Of a stretch of DNA of 64,000 nt, positions 24,617 to 33,907 are shown piece after piece; within the stretch, counting starts at the first letter, position 1, and every line of letters begins with the position of its first letter. A program made the translations under genes and the position numbers. Source of the stretch: Myxococcales bacterium (lineage in GTDB: Bacteria > Myxococcota > Myxococcia > Myxococcales > UBA5297); assembly GCA_050288705.1 (NCBI GenBank), contig JBNKEI010000033.1, positions 18,407-82,406 of the forward strand, given 5' to 3'. The notes under the pieces were generated by a model. That model had not been told where the DNA came from, ran no database searches, and saw nothing but the letters and a program-made list of their open reading frames with translations.

Positions 24617-24643
24617 ATCACTTACAGCATTGTCCTTCAAAAG

Positions 24644-24716
24644 AGCGGGAAACGGGATTCGAACCCGCGACATTCAGCTTGGAAGGCTGACGCTCTACCA
24701 TCTGAGCTATTCCCGC
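24644..24716 (-). tRNA. tRNA-Gly (anticodon TCC)
   Basis: Minus strand GCGGGAATAGCTCAGATGGTAGAGC...CCTTCCAAG...GGTTCGAATCCCGTTTCCCGCT. Confidence 0.93.
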
Positions 24717-24776
24717 TTAACATACTTACTTACACTTCATTCTTCTTTGGCCGACATCTCTGACCATAAACATCCT

Positions 24777-24859
24777 TGGACGGGGAAGGGTTCGAACCTT
24801 CGTAGGCATAAGCCGGCAGATTTACAGTCTGCTCCCTTTGGCCGCTCGGGCACCCGTCC
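24777..24859 (-). tRNA. tRNA-Tyr (anticodon GTA, long variable arm)
   Basis: Minus strand GGACGGGTGCCCGAGCGGCCAAAGGG...ACTGTAAAT...variable arm...GGTTCGAACCCTTCCCCGTCCA. Confidence 0.92.
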
Positions 24860-24940
24860 AGAAAACTTAGGTTACTTCTGCTCCATGCGTTTTTACACTC
24901 ACTATCCTGCAAACCTCAGCAGCAAATGCAAATGCCGTTT

Positions 24941-25013
24941 AGCCGGCGGCGGGAATCGAACCCGCGACCCCCTGCTTACAAGGCAGGCGCTCTACCAGCT
25001 GAGCTACACCGAC
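24941..25013 (-). tRNA. tRNA-Thr (anticodon TGT)
   Basis: Minus strand GTCGGTGTAGCTCAGCTGGTAGAGC...CCTTGTAAG...GGTTCGATTCCCGCCGCCGGCT. The acceptor contains two G:U pairs. Confidence 0.9.
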
Positions 25014-25046
25014 CAGCTGCTTATTCGAAACAAAAACAGGAGGCGG

Positions 25047-25075
25047 TCTATAATAAATCATCACCCTCGTGTCAA
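25047..25075 (-). promoter_or_regulatory. Sigma70-type promoter candidate for the tRNA-rpmG-secE-nusG transcription unit
   Basis: On the minus strand: TTGACA (25075-25070), a 17-nt spacer, TATAGA (25052-25047), then a GC-rich CCGCCTCC discriminator. It lies in the 85-nt gap between the rlmB-like stop and the first tRNA. Confidence 0.5.
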
Positions 25076-25098
25076 GAAATATATTTCATTAGCGTTTC

Positions 25099-25872
25099 TT
25101 ACTTAGGCTTAACCGACATCGATTGACGTCGCTGCCTGAAAACTTCGTACAGCAGTATCCCTCCGGAGACTGAGGCATTCAAGCTCCCAAAGGAGCCAAT
25201 CATCGGAATTTTTACTCGATAGTCGCATTTTTCCATCACGATACGTCGAATTCCTCGACTTTCACTTCCCACCACCAACGCAGTGGCTCCTCTGAAGTCA
25301 ACTGCTTCTGGACAGCGATCGCCGAGAACATCGGACGCCACCACCCACATGCCCGCTTGCTTGATTTGACCTATTGCTCGCGAAAGATTGGTCACTCTGG
25401 CAATAGGAAGATGCGCGGAAGCCCCTGCAGAGGCCTTCACAGCCGTGGCAGTAACTCCGACTGCACGGTCTTTGGGAAGTATCATTCCCTGCGCTCCCAT
25501 AGCGTAAGCAGAACGTATCAATGCCCCTAAATTATGTGGGTCTTCAATGCCATCAAGAACCACCAAAAGCGTGTCGGAAGAAGAACACTGAGGCAACGAT
25601 AGCAATTCCTCAAGATGCAGGTACGCGAATTCGGCAACATGTAACACCACACCTTGATGCACTCCCCCTTGCGCCATAGCAGCAAGCCGGTCCCTAGGAA
25701 TATTCTCCACAGGAATACCAAGCCGTTGTGCCTCTTGCGCGATCTTGACTATTGGACCTTTGATCGCCCCCATGGCTAGATAGACTTTTTCTACTGTTTC
25801 CGGCGCAGCTTTTAGCGCTTCTAAGGCGGGATGTATTCCAAATATGCGCGACATCGTCGAAGAAGCTTTCAT
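25099..25872 (-). CDS. rlmB: SpoU/TrmH-family RNA 2'-O-methyltransferase (RlmB-like)
   Basis: LDGIEDPHNLGALIRSA, LVVGSESRGI and GSLNASVSGGILLYE motifs of the SPOUT methyltransferase family. The start may be the internal MSRIFGIHP (25854). Confidence 0.8.
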   Translation of the reverse strand: MKASSTMSRIFGIHPALEALKAAPETVEKVYLAMGAIKGPIVKIAQEAQRLGIPVENIPRDRLAAMAQGGVHQGVVLHVAEFAYLHLEELLSLPQCSSSDTLLVVLDGIEDPHNLGALIRSAYAMGAQGMILPKDRAVGVTATAVKASAGASAHLPIARVTNLSRAIGQIKQAGMWVVASDVLGDRCPEAVDFRGATALVVGSESRGIRRIVMEKCDYRVKIPMIGSFGSLNASVSGGILLYEVFRQRRQSMSVKPK

Positions 25873-26780
25873 CGTCTACGTTCTGCCCTACCAAGCTGTG
25901 CTAACTCAACCGCACGCTCTATCATTGATTTCGCAATATCTATACCCGTCGCTGTCTCGATTTCGTTGATCCCCGGCGAGCTGTTCAAATCAAAAACTTT
26001 TGGTCCATCCGCTGAATCAAACATGTCCACTGCAGCGACCTCTAGCCCCACTAGCCTAGCTGCTCGCTCAGCCAATCCAACTAGTTCTTTGGTTTGTTTC
26101 ACCGCCTCGAATTTCGCTCCCACCGCCAAAGTACGATGTAACCTTCCAGTCCTGGGAACCCGCCGAACAATTGCTACCAACCGTCCTCCCACCACTACTG
26201 CTCTCAAATCTCGTCCTTGCACATATTTCTGAACCAGAACATTGTAGCCAAGCTTGACCAATGCTTCGAGGGTCGCCTCGGTGGACTGGATGGTTTCGCA
26301 AACCATCATTCCCGCCCGATCTCGCGCAAGAAGCATCTTGATTAGCACTGGACACCCGCCCAATTTCTTTACCATGTCCCGAGTATTTTCTGAATGCTCT
26401 TTAGTTGTTTTGGAGCGTGTGGCCACTGCAGTCGCTGCTACTCGCACTTGGTTGGCGCATAGATATTGCAAGCATCGGACCTTGTTACGACTATGCGCAA
26501 TTGCCCATGGCTCGTTCAACGATGGAATTCCCTTCCCAACCAAATGATCGAGGACTGCTAATCCGTATTCTTGTATGGATTGCCCTATGCGCGGGATACA
26601 CACGTCCGTCCGAGGAAAAGCCCTTTTTCCATAAGCCAATTTGTTATGGCGTGCGTACAAGTACAGCTCGCTACGAAGCGGGTCAATCACTCGAATTCTG
26701 TGACCAGCAATTCTCGCCGCATCAATAAGACGCCGGGTTGTATAAATAGCTAGAGATCGGGATAAGACAGTAAGATGCAC
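25869..26780 (-). CDS. rimK: RimK-like ATP-grasp ligase
   Basis: Collinear resemblance to E. coli RimK from the N-terminus (LSRS..YTTRRLIDAA...VIDP) to NSSPGINEIETATGIDIAKSMIE. ATGA overlap with the rlmB-like start. Confidence 0.75.
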   Translation of the reverse strand: MHLTVLSRSLAIYTTRRLIDAARIAGHRIRVIDPLRSELYLYARHNKLAYGKRAFPRTDVCIPRIGQSIQEYGLAVLDHLVGKGIPSLNEPWAIAHSRNKVRCLQYLCANQVRVAATAVATRSKTTKEHSENTRDMVKKLGGCPVLIKMLLARDRAGMMVCETIQSTEATLEALVKLGYNVLVQKYVQGRDLRAVVVGGRLVAIVRRVPRTGRLHRTLAVGAKFEAVKQTKELVGLAERAARLVGLEVAAVDMFDSADGPKVFDLNSSPGINEIETATGIDIAKSMIERAVELAQLGRAERRR

Positions 26781-26795
26781 GCCGATTCCGCGCTC

Positions 26796-27644
26796 CTATT
26801 TTTTCTCAGGAGGAACTAGCTCGAGGCTAATATCCATTGCTCGTGCCGAGTGAGTAAGGGCTCCCATGGAAATATAGTCGACCCCAACTTCGGCAATTTT
26901 CTTGAGCTCATCTATTTCTATTCCTCCTGAAGCTTCTATACGTGCTTTACCGGCCACCATCTGCACTGCTTTCTGCATATCGCGCAGATCCATATTATCC
27001 AAAAGTATAATATCTGCTTCTGCCTGCAATGCCTCGCTAACCTCCGCCAGATTAGTTACCTCCACTTCAATTTTTAAAAGGTGGTGCACGTTTTGCCTAG
27101 CACGATTAATCGCTTCTGAAATTGAACCCACAGCAGCAATATGATTGTCTTTGATTAGGACTCCGTCAAAAAGACCGTATCGATGATTGGCTCCACCACC
27201 TAGGCGAACCGCTGCTTTTTCCAACGTGCGCCATCCGGGAGTGGTTTTACGGGTGTCAAGAATGCAGCACGGAGTGTCTTTTAAAATATAGGCCGCCTGG
27301 CGTGATTTAGTGGCGATCCCAGAAAGCCGCTGTAAAAAGTTTAAAGATGTTCGCTCGCCTGCAAGGATACTACGAGTCTTTCCTTTCACAGTACCAATAA
27401 CTTGCGGGCAATCAAGCCAACTACCTTCTTTGGCAGCAAAGGATATTTCTAGTTGAGGATCGACAAAATGGAAAACTTTTTTTGCGACCTGTACTCCCGC
27501 TAGAACCAACGGTTCTTTAATCAAAAATCGCCCTGTCGATTGCTCTTCTTCGTTAATCAGCGCCTGACTAGTTATGTCCCCACTAGAACCGAGATCTTCC
27601 TCCAGCGCCAGGGCAATCAATCGGTCAACATTGCCAATGTTCAT
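26796..27644 (-). CDS. nadC: Nicotinate-nucleotide pyrophosphorylase (quinolinate phosphoribosyltransferase)
   Basis: 282 aa, ALEEDLGSSGDITS..., TRKTTPGWR, LDNM, SGGI blocks. Confidence 0.92.
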   Translation of the reverse strand: MNIGNVDRLIALALEEDLGSSGDITSQALINEEEQSTGRFLIKEPLVLAGVQVAKKVFHFVDPQLEISFAAKEGSWLDCPQVIGTVKGKTRSILAGERTSLNFLQRLSGIATKSRQAAYILKDTPCCILDTRKTTPGWRTLEKAAVRLGGGANHRYGLFDGVLIKDNHIAAVGSISEAINRARQNVHHLLKIEVEVTNLAEVSEALQAEADIILLDNMDLRDMQKAVQMVAGKARIEASGGIEIDELKKIAEVGVDYISMGALTHSARAMDISLELVPPEKK

Positions 27645-27647
27645 TGG

Positions 27648-30407
27648 TTAATCCGCCTTCAGCCGAGCAATACCCTGTTCCAATTTGAGTCGCTTTTGCT
27701 CCAGCTCATCCATACGCAAGCGGTCTTTTTCTATTACTTCTCGAGGCGCGCGAAGCACAAAATTGGAATTGGAATGCTTTTTTTTGAGTAACTCTAGGTC
27801 GGCATGCACTTTTCCAAGCTCTTTCTGCAACCTCTTGTTCTCCTCCGCCAAATCGACCAACCCTTCTAGAGGAACAAAGATTTCCATATATTTACCCACA
27901 AAGGTAGCTGCTAACCTGGGCTTGGGTCCTGACGCATTCAACTCCAGAGAACAGAGTCCAGCCAGCGGTTCTAAATAGTCACGATTTCTCTCGAGAATGA
28001 ACCTGATTCCTTCTTCCGCCTGAACAATGGCTGCTACCTTTTTGGATGGAGCAATATTGCATTCGCCGCGAATATTGCGCACTCCATCAATGGCCTGAAT
28101 TACCACTGACATTTCTTGCTCAGACTCATCATCGCCAAACGAATCGCGCCCTTGGGGATAGATAGCCACCATGATGCTCGCCGGCTCATCACTTCGGCGA
28201 GGAATTCGCTGCCAGATTTCTTCGGTCAAAAATGGCATAAAGGGATGCAACAGTTTTAGAAGCTGATCGAGCACGTGCACTAGTACTGCCCTGGTTTTTG
28301 CTTTAGCTTCCTGGTTTTGCCCGCTGAGCGCCCCCTTAGAGAGCTCGATATACCAATCACAGAATTCGCCCCAGGCGAATTGGTACAAAATGCTCGCCGC
28401 TTCGTTAAATTTGTAAGCTTCTAACGATTCATTAGCTTGCAAAGCAACTTTATGAAGCCGCGCCAAAATCCAGCGATCCGCCAAAGCCAGCGGCAATGAA
28501 GTGAGCTGTTTTTCCAGCGTCTTAACTACTTCTTCACTCGGCCCCAAATTCATTAATACGAAACGAGAGGCGTTCCAAATCTTGTTGGCGAAACTGCGGT
28601 TACCTTCCACTCTATCCAGCGATAGCTTTATATCCCTTCCTTGAGCAGTAAGAGCGGCAAGGGTGAAACGTAAAGCATCGGTCCCATAAGCAGGCATTCC
28701 CTTGGGAAATTTCTTCTTAAGCTCACGAGGTAACAGCTTTGCGTCAGGCTGACCGTGAATTACATCAAGCGGGTCGATTACATTGCCCTTAACCTTGGAC
28801 ATTTTATCGCCCTTTTCGTCGCGCACCATGGCGTGAAGAAAAACCGTACGAAAAGGCACCTCGTTCATAAAGTGCAGGCCAAACATCATCATCCGCGCTA
28901 CCCAGAAAAAGATGATGTCATGGCCAGTCTCCATGACTGTCGTAGGATAAAAAGTCGACAAAGCAGGAGTTTTCTCGGGCCACCCCATGGTTGAAAACGG
29001 CCACAAACCGCTAGAAAACCAGGTATCCAGTACGTCTTGGTCCCTTGTTAACTCGCCTCCACAACTAGGACAGGAGGTAGGATCTTCTCGCGAAACTACC
29101 ACTTGCCCGCATTGGCAGTACCAGGCAGGAATCTGGTGTCCCCACCAAAGCTGCCGACTAACACACCAATCGTGCAGATTACGCATCCATCCAAAGTAGG
29201 TGTTAGTCCACATCTCGGGTATAAACCGAGTTTTTCCCTCTTCTACCGCTCGAATAGCAGGTTCAGCTAAGGGTGCTATTTTGACAAACCACTGCGGCGA
29301 AAGCGTGGGCTCAACCACGTCTCCGCAGCGCTGACAGACACCTATAGACAGATTGTAGTCTTCGGTTTTGACCAAAAAATTTTGCGCTTCCAAATCGGCA
29401 ACCACTTTTTGCCGAAGATCGCTACAATGCAATCCTTGATATGAACCGGTATTCTCGTTAGCGCGGGCCTCCAAATCTAGGATGGCTATCATTTCTAGAC
29501 CGTGACGCAGCCCGGTCGCGTAATCATTGAAATCGTGCGCCGGGGTTACTTTTACGGCCCCAGTACCGAATTCCATGGAAACCAAATCTCGGTCCCCAAT
29601 AATTGGAATTTCTCGATGAACCAGGGGAAGAAGCACTTTCTTCCCAATCAAATCGCCATACCTAGAATCATCGGGATGCACTGCCACTGCGGTGTCACCT
29701 AACATAGTTTCTGGCCGAGTAGTAGCCACCACCAATCGGCGATCTGATCCCAGCACTGGGTAGGCCAAATACCATAGACTTCCTGATCGTTCTTCATGTT
29801 CCACTTCTAGATCGGAAAGAGCAGTACGGCAGCGTGGACACCAATTAATGAGCCGTTGTGCTCGATATATAAGACCTTCTTCGTATAAACGTACGAAAGC
29901 TTCCCTGACCGACCTAGAAAGACCGGAATCCATGGTAAATCGGATACGGTCCCAATCGCATGATGCGCCCAGCACTTTGAGCTGCTCCACAATGCGACCA
30001 CCGAAGCGCTCTTTCCAGTCCCAGACTCGTTTTAAAAATTCTTCTCGCCCTACGTCGTGACGACTTTTTCTTTCAGTTTTTCTTAGGTCACGCTCCACCA
30101 CCATTTGAGTGGCGATCCCAGCGTGATCGGTTCCCGGCAGCCAAAGGGTATTGAAACCACACATTCTCTTCCAACGAGCCAGGATATCTTGAATGGTGAC
30201 AAAGAGGGCATGCCCCAGATGCAGCTCCCCGGTAATATTTGGAGGAGGGATAACCATGCAAAAGGGAGGTCGTTCAGAAGTATCTTGTGCTCTAAAGTAC
30301 CCCTTATGAATCCAATAGCTATACCACTTAGATTCGGTTTCATGAGGGTTATAAACTTTAGGGATATCACCTAAATCACTTGTTGAAGGACATATTGGTT
30401 CAAGCAT
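27648..30407 (-). CDS. valS: Valine--tRNA ligase
   Basis: HLGH (HIGH-type) and KMSKVKGN (KMSKS) motifs and a C-terminal coiled coil. The ATG at 30407 is the preferred start; the track start at 30416 is a TTG. Confidence 0.96.
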   Translation of the reverse strand: MLEPICPSTSDLGDIPKVYNPHETESKWYSYWIHKGYFRAQDTSERPPFCMVIPPPNITGELHLGHALFVTIQDILARWKRMCGFNTLWLPGTDHAGIATQMVVERDLRKTERKSRHDVGREEFLKRVWDWKERFGGRIVEQLKVLGASCDWDRIRFTMDSGLSRSVREAFVRLYEEGLIYRAQRLINWCPRCRTALSDLEVEHEERSGSLWYLAYPVLGSDRRLVVATTRPETMLGDTAVAVHPDDSRYGDLIGKKVLLPLVHREIPIIGDRDLVSMEFGTGAVKVTPAHDFNDYATGLRHGLEMIAILDLEARANENTGSYQGLHCSDLRQKVVADLEAQNFLVKTEDYNLSIGVCQRCGDVVEPTLSPQWFVKIAPLAEPAIRAVEEGKTRFIPEMWTNTYFGWMRNLHDWCVSRQLWWGHQIPAWYCQCGQVVVSREDPTSCPSCGGELTRDQDVLDTWFSSGLWPFSTMGWPEKTPALSTFYPTTVMETGHDIIFFWVARMMMFGLHFMNEVPFRTVFLHAMVRDEKGDKMSKVKGNVIDPLDVIHGQPDAKLLPRELKKKFPKGMPAYGTDALRFTLAALTAQGRDIKLSLDRVEGNRSFANKIWNASRFVLMNLGPSEEVVKTLEKQLTSLPLALADRWILARLHKVALQANESLEAYKFNEAASILYQFAWGEFCDWYIELSKGALSGQNQEAKAKTRAVLVHVLDQLLKLLHPFMPFLTEEIWQRIPRRSDEPASIMVAIYPQGRDSFGDDESEQEMSVVIQAIDGVRNIRGECNIAPSKKVAAIVQAEEGIRFILERNRDYLEPLAGLCSLELNASGPKPRLAATFVGKYMEIFVPLEGLVDLAEENKRLQKELGKVHADLELLKKKHSNSNFVLRAPREVIEKDRLRMDELEQKRLKLEQGIARLKAD

Positions 30408-30412
30408 TCTTC

Positions 30413-31930
30413 TCAAGCCTTTGTTTCTCGCTCCTTAAGAAGCCTTTCCAGCTCCTCGCGGATAATGGTCTCCGCCAATTGCGGAACGACCTCCCAGGCG
30501 ATCCGCTCGATCAACTCACGAGATGCTCTAGAAAGCGCTTCTTTAAGAACACTTTCTTCGGACCGATCTTGAGTTGTTGGCGTGATTACCTTTGGCGTGC
30601 CAGCAACGACGCGCTTGGCTTCTGTCACAGTTGGAATAGACTCGTCAACCTTTGTTGAACCGATCTTGGATTTAGATGGCGAAGGAAGGAATTTTTCGTC
30701 AATCCAATCTTCGATAACTTCAAAATCCAGATCAAATTTATCGCTTTCGGAATCCGCCGAGGTGACCAAGTTTTCGAACGAGGTTTCGTCTCCGGGAAAT
30801 GGAACTTTCTGCTCTAATTGTGTTTCCTTTCCGGAGCTTATTGGCTCTTCCTTTACACCCTTTTCACCAGAAGACCCAAACGAAACTGAAAACTTTTGCG
30901 TCTGTTCTGCACTAGGAACAGTTAACCCAAAACCAAATGGATCTCTGGCATTGCGTGCCACCGATGAACTAGTGGCTGCAGATCCTGCTGAAAAGCACGC
31001 CGAACTCTCGCTACGCGGAGAAACTTGCACTGCTTCCGGCGAGACCTGATAAGGGGAACGCGAAGGAGGCGAACTTGGAGGATGTCCAGGAACAGGAGGA
31101 GGTCGGCTTCCTAACCCTGCGGAAGGCGTTTTCGAAGGCGCTCCTTGGTTTCCTTGCCCAAAACTTCCACCAAAGCCTCCGGCAGGACCACCGGAGGAAA
31201 CAGTATGCGAAGCCTGGGTAGGCGGCATGTTCGGCTGTGGCTGTCCCGAGGAAGGAAGGTGCGGTTTTATTCCTGGCGGTGGCGGCCTCAAACTACCAAC
31301 CTGAGGGATAGTAGAACTAGCGCCCGCTATTGCAGGCCCGAAAGTCGGCTGACGGGTTCCGCTGGCTAATTGCGGCTGAGAGGCATGAGCAGTAGTAGGT
31401 ACGTTGCTCTCGGTTGGAACATATGCTGCTGACACCGTTGCCGTAGAAGATACATTGGCAGACATTTGGCCAGGCAACCCTGTTTTTTCAGAACTTGCAG
31501 CTAGTGTCTGTGAACCATCATTGGACAGCAGCGAAAAAACACGGTCAATTAATGCCTGGGTCTCGAAAGGCTTCTGAATGTGACCGTCGGCCTTAGCAAC
31601 ACGAGCCCGGTCGTCATCAAAGGCTTCTGACGTACCAGCAAGCAACAATACTCGAATATGGTTTAAATTCGGATCTGATTTGATTTCCTGGCTAACCTCA
31701 TACCCATTCTTCTCGGGCATGATTGTGTCCGCTATGATGATATCGGGCTGCATTTCCCGAGCTTTGACAATGGCTTCTTCTCCATTGTCCACCATAGTAA
31801 GGACATAGTCTTCGGTAGCAAATGTGATCGCCACCATTTTTTGAATGGTGACACTGTCGTCGGCTAAAAGAAGCTTCTTCGGCATTGGAAGCGGCCCCCG
31901 ATGCGCGTAGATCCGCAAAAAATAAGGCAT
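30413..31930 (-). CDS. RomR-like response regulator: CheY-type receiver, ~300-aa Pro/Ser/Gly-rich disordered region, short conserved helical Glu-rich C-terminus
   Basis: The receiver has DD (LLLADDS), an acceptor Asp (IIIADTIMP), T (LLLAGTS) and K (IQKPF). The probable start is MPKKLLLADD at 31885. The architecture matches Myxococcus/Bdellovibrio RomR as I recall it. Confidence 0.8.
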   Translation of the reverse strand: MPYFLRIYAHRGPLPMPKKLLLADDSVTIQKMVAITFATEDYVLTMVDNGEEAIVKAREMQPDIIIADTIMPEKNGYEVSQEIKSDPNLNHIRVLLLAGTSEAFDDDRARVAKADGHIQKPFETQALIDRVFSLLSNDGSQTLAASSEKTGLPGQMSANVSSTATVSAAYVPTESNVPTTAHASQPQLASGTRQPTFGPAIAGASSTIPQVGSLRPPPPGIKPHLPSSGQPQPNMPPTQASHTVSSGGPAGGFGGSFGQGNQGAPSKTPSAGLGSRPPPVPGHPPSSPPSRSPYQVSPEAVQVSPRSESSACFSAGSAATSSSVARNARDPFGFGLTVPSAEQTQKFSVSFGSSGEKGVKEEPISSGKETQLEQKVPFPGDETSFENLVTSADSESDKFDLDFEVIEDWIDEKFLPSPSKSKIGSTKVDESIPTVTEAKRVVAGTPKVITPTTQDRSEESVLKEALSRASRELIERIAWEVVPQLAETIIREELERLLKERETKA

Positions 31931-32081
31931 TTCTTGATACCGTGCGACCCAGCCAAAGTCAAACGGTCATACCAAAATACGTTTTCTTCCTCACCGATTT
32001 TTGCTTCTCGTCTAGGAACGTCTACAAGACGCTCTAAATTGTGGCAAGGAATCATTAGACGTGGCCTTTGTTTTTCTTAAC

Positions 32082-32639
32082 TTATTTCTTTCTTAACTGC
32101 CCTTGACTACTCACCTCATCCATTTTTTCTTTAGCGCTCTCGTTTTTTTCTTTCGTCCAATGATCTAGTTTCTTCAGTCGCTCTCTAAATTGAAAGGGCT
32201 TAATTGAAGGCGCACGTGCGTCATGACATTTTATACAAGTTTTCTCGGAAGGATCGGTGAGACCAACTAGCCTAGATAACTCCGGGTCTTTCATAACGTA
32301 ACTTGCCGAGTAGTACTTCCCCCCACCATGACAAGTTTCACAACTGATTCCCAGCGTCTTGTTTTGCTTGGGAGAATGACAAGAAGAGCACCGACCGTCT
32401 TGTCGTTGTTCATTAGTTAACGATTCAGCAGCTCGAGAATGACCCGAGCTTTCAAAAATTTTGTGTTCCACCACATGGCAACCTTTGCAGGTTTCAGATC
32501 CAACTGACTCTGCGGATTTTGCTCCCCTGAGTGGTAGCAGCAACACTAATGTTAGAACAAGATGATAGCGCATAAGCCTTTTATGCCCTAGCATGACTAG
32601 GCACCCCGGAGCAAGTGCCTCCCAATTTCCGAGAGTCAA
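32082..32639 (-). CDS. Tetraheme c-type cytochrome (secreted)
   Basis: Four CxxCH motifs (CKGCH, CSSCH, CETCH, CIKCH) and a signal-peptide-like LVLTLVLLLPLRGAKSA. The likely start is an internal Met (32594 or 32573). Confidence 0.85.
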   Translation of the reverse strand: MTLGNWEALAPGCLVMLGHKRLMRYHLVLTLVLLLPLRGAKSAESVGSETCKGCHVVEHKIFESSGHSRAAESLTNEQRQDGRCSSCHSPKQNKTLGISCETCHGGGKYYSASYVMKDPELSRLVGLTDPSEKTCIKCHDARAPSIKPFQFRERLKKLDHWTKEKNESAKEKMDEVSSQGQLRKK

Positions 32640-32685
32640 GATGTTGTACGCCTTGGCTTTTTACCTTGGCTATTCTTGGTCTTTT

Positions 32686-33819
32686 TCAGGAAGGACCAAC
32701 CGCCACGAAAGTAGGATCAGGGGTACCTTCTCCTACTTGCTTCACTTGAAGAACTCGCGATACCCGAGCCAAGTACTCGGGATCTTGCAAAGAAGCCTGA
32801 GCTTGGTCCCATGGACAGGGTGGCAAAGAAAACTTTCTTAGTAATCGCGAAACATTTTCGCAGGAAGCGAGCAAATACCGACGAAATACCACTGAACTTC
32901 TAGCTTCTCGGGCAAGCCCATCTATTGCTTCTTGCTGGCGCTCCACCCGGTGACAAATTAGAAGCCAGTCTACTCCCGCTAACACCGCACGCACTGCTGC
33001 TTCCTCGGCGGAATAGTGATTGGCAATAGCTTTCATTTCCAAGTCATCGGAAACCACCAGCCCAAGAAAACCAACTTGATTTCTCAGCCAGTCAGTAATC
33101 CATTTTCGCGAAAAAGTCGCAGGTAAACCAGGCTCCACTGTTTCTATCACTACGTGGGCAGTCATGATTGATGCGAGATTTTCCCGGGCATACTCTTTAA
33201 AGGGAACTAATTCTCGGGTGCAAAGCTGATTCATAGTTTGTCCCACCACTGGCAAAGTGGTGTGGCTGTCTTGCATGGTGTCGCCATGACCAGGAAAATG
33301 CTTTCCGCACGAGGCTACGTTTTCTTTCTCTAAACCACGAGCCAGAGCTACCCCCAAGCGACCTACCAGGTTTGCGTCTCGCCCAAAAGAACGATTACCG
33401 ATTACCGGATTGAGGGGATTACTATCGATATCCAGCACTGGCGCAAAATCGACGTCAAAACCCGCAGCACGCGCTTCTCTCCCCAGCACCCGGCCCACAT
33501 CATAAGCGAGAGACTGATCAGCGATTTCACCTATTGCACGCATGGGAGGAATTGGCGTGAAAGGCTGACCTCTAAGCCTAGCGACGCAACCTCCTTCTTG
33601 GTCTACACAACAAGCAAACGGACGAGCAGCTTCTTGCTTCAACTGAGCGCATAGACTTGCTACTTGTTTCCAGCTTTCGATATTACGTCGAAAAAAGATG
33701 GCTCCCGATACTCCTTGGGCAATTAAATCACGAGCTTCGCTGGAAACAGAGTATCCGTCAAAGCCAATAACTACTAAAGAAGCTGCTGCTCTATGCAGGT
33801 CCAAATGTGTCTCCGGCAA
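32686..33819 (-). CDS. nagZ: Beta-N-acetylhexosaminidase, GH3 family (NagZ-like)
   Basis: GKHFPGHGDTMQDSH catalytic block and the VDQEGG motif. Confidence 0.85.
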   Translation of the reverse strand: MPETHLDLHRAAASLVVIGFDGYSVSSEARDLIAQGVSGAIFFRRNIESWKQVASLCAQLKQEAARPFACCVDQEGGCVARLRGQPFTPIPPMRAIGEIADQSLAYDVGRVLGREARAAGFDVDFAPVLDIDSNPLNPVIGNRSFGRDANLVGRLGVALARGLEKENVASCGKHFPGHGDTMQDSHTTLPVVGQTMNQLCTRELVPFKEYARENLASIMTAHVVIETVEPGLPATFSRKWITDWLRNQVGFLGLVVSDDLEMKAIANHYSAEEAAVRAVLAGVDWLLICHRVERQQEAIDGLAREARSSVVFRRYLLASCENVSRLLRKFSLPPCPWDQAQASLQDPEYLARVSRVLQVKQVGEGTPDPTFVAVGPS

Positions 33820-33907
33820 TGTTTTCCGAAAGCACTGCTGCCGATTACTAATGGCAGTTATTCCCTGGTGCCTTGGTTACCACTATACTATACAGGCACT
33901 CGGCACC

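Noticed and set aside
25869-26780. Possible loss of catalytic residues in the RimK-like ATP-grasp protein (the Gly-rich loop reads ARDRAG where I recall GTQGIG in E. coli RimK).
   Set aside because: My recollection of the reference motif is not reliable enough, and other ATP-grasp blocks look intact. This cannot be judged without an alignment.
31864-32055. 63-aa minus-strand ORF between the cytochrome gene and the response regulator.
   Set aside because: It overlaps the regulator's 5' region in another frame and has no support. It is treated as spacer or leader.
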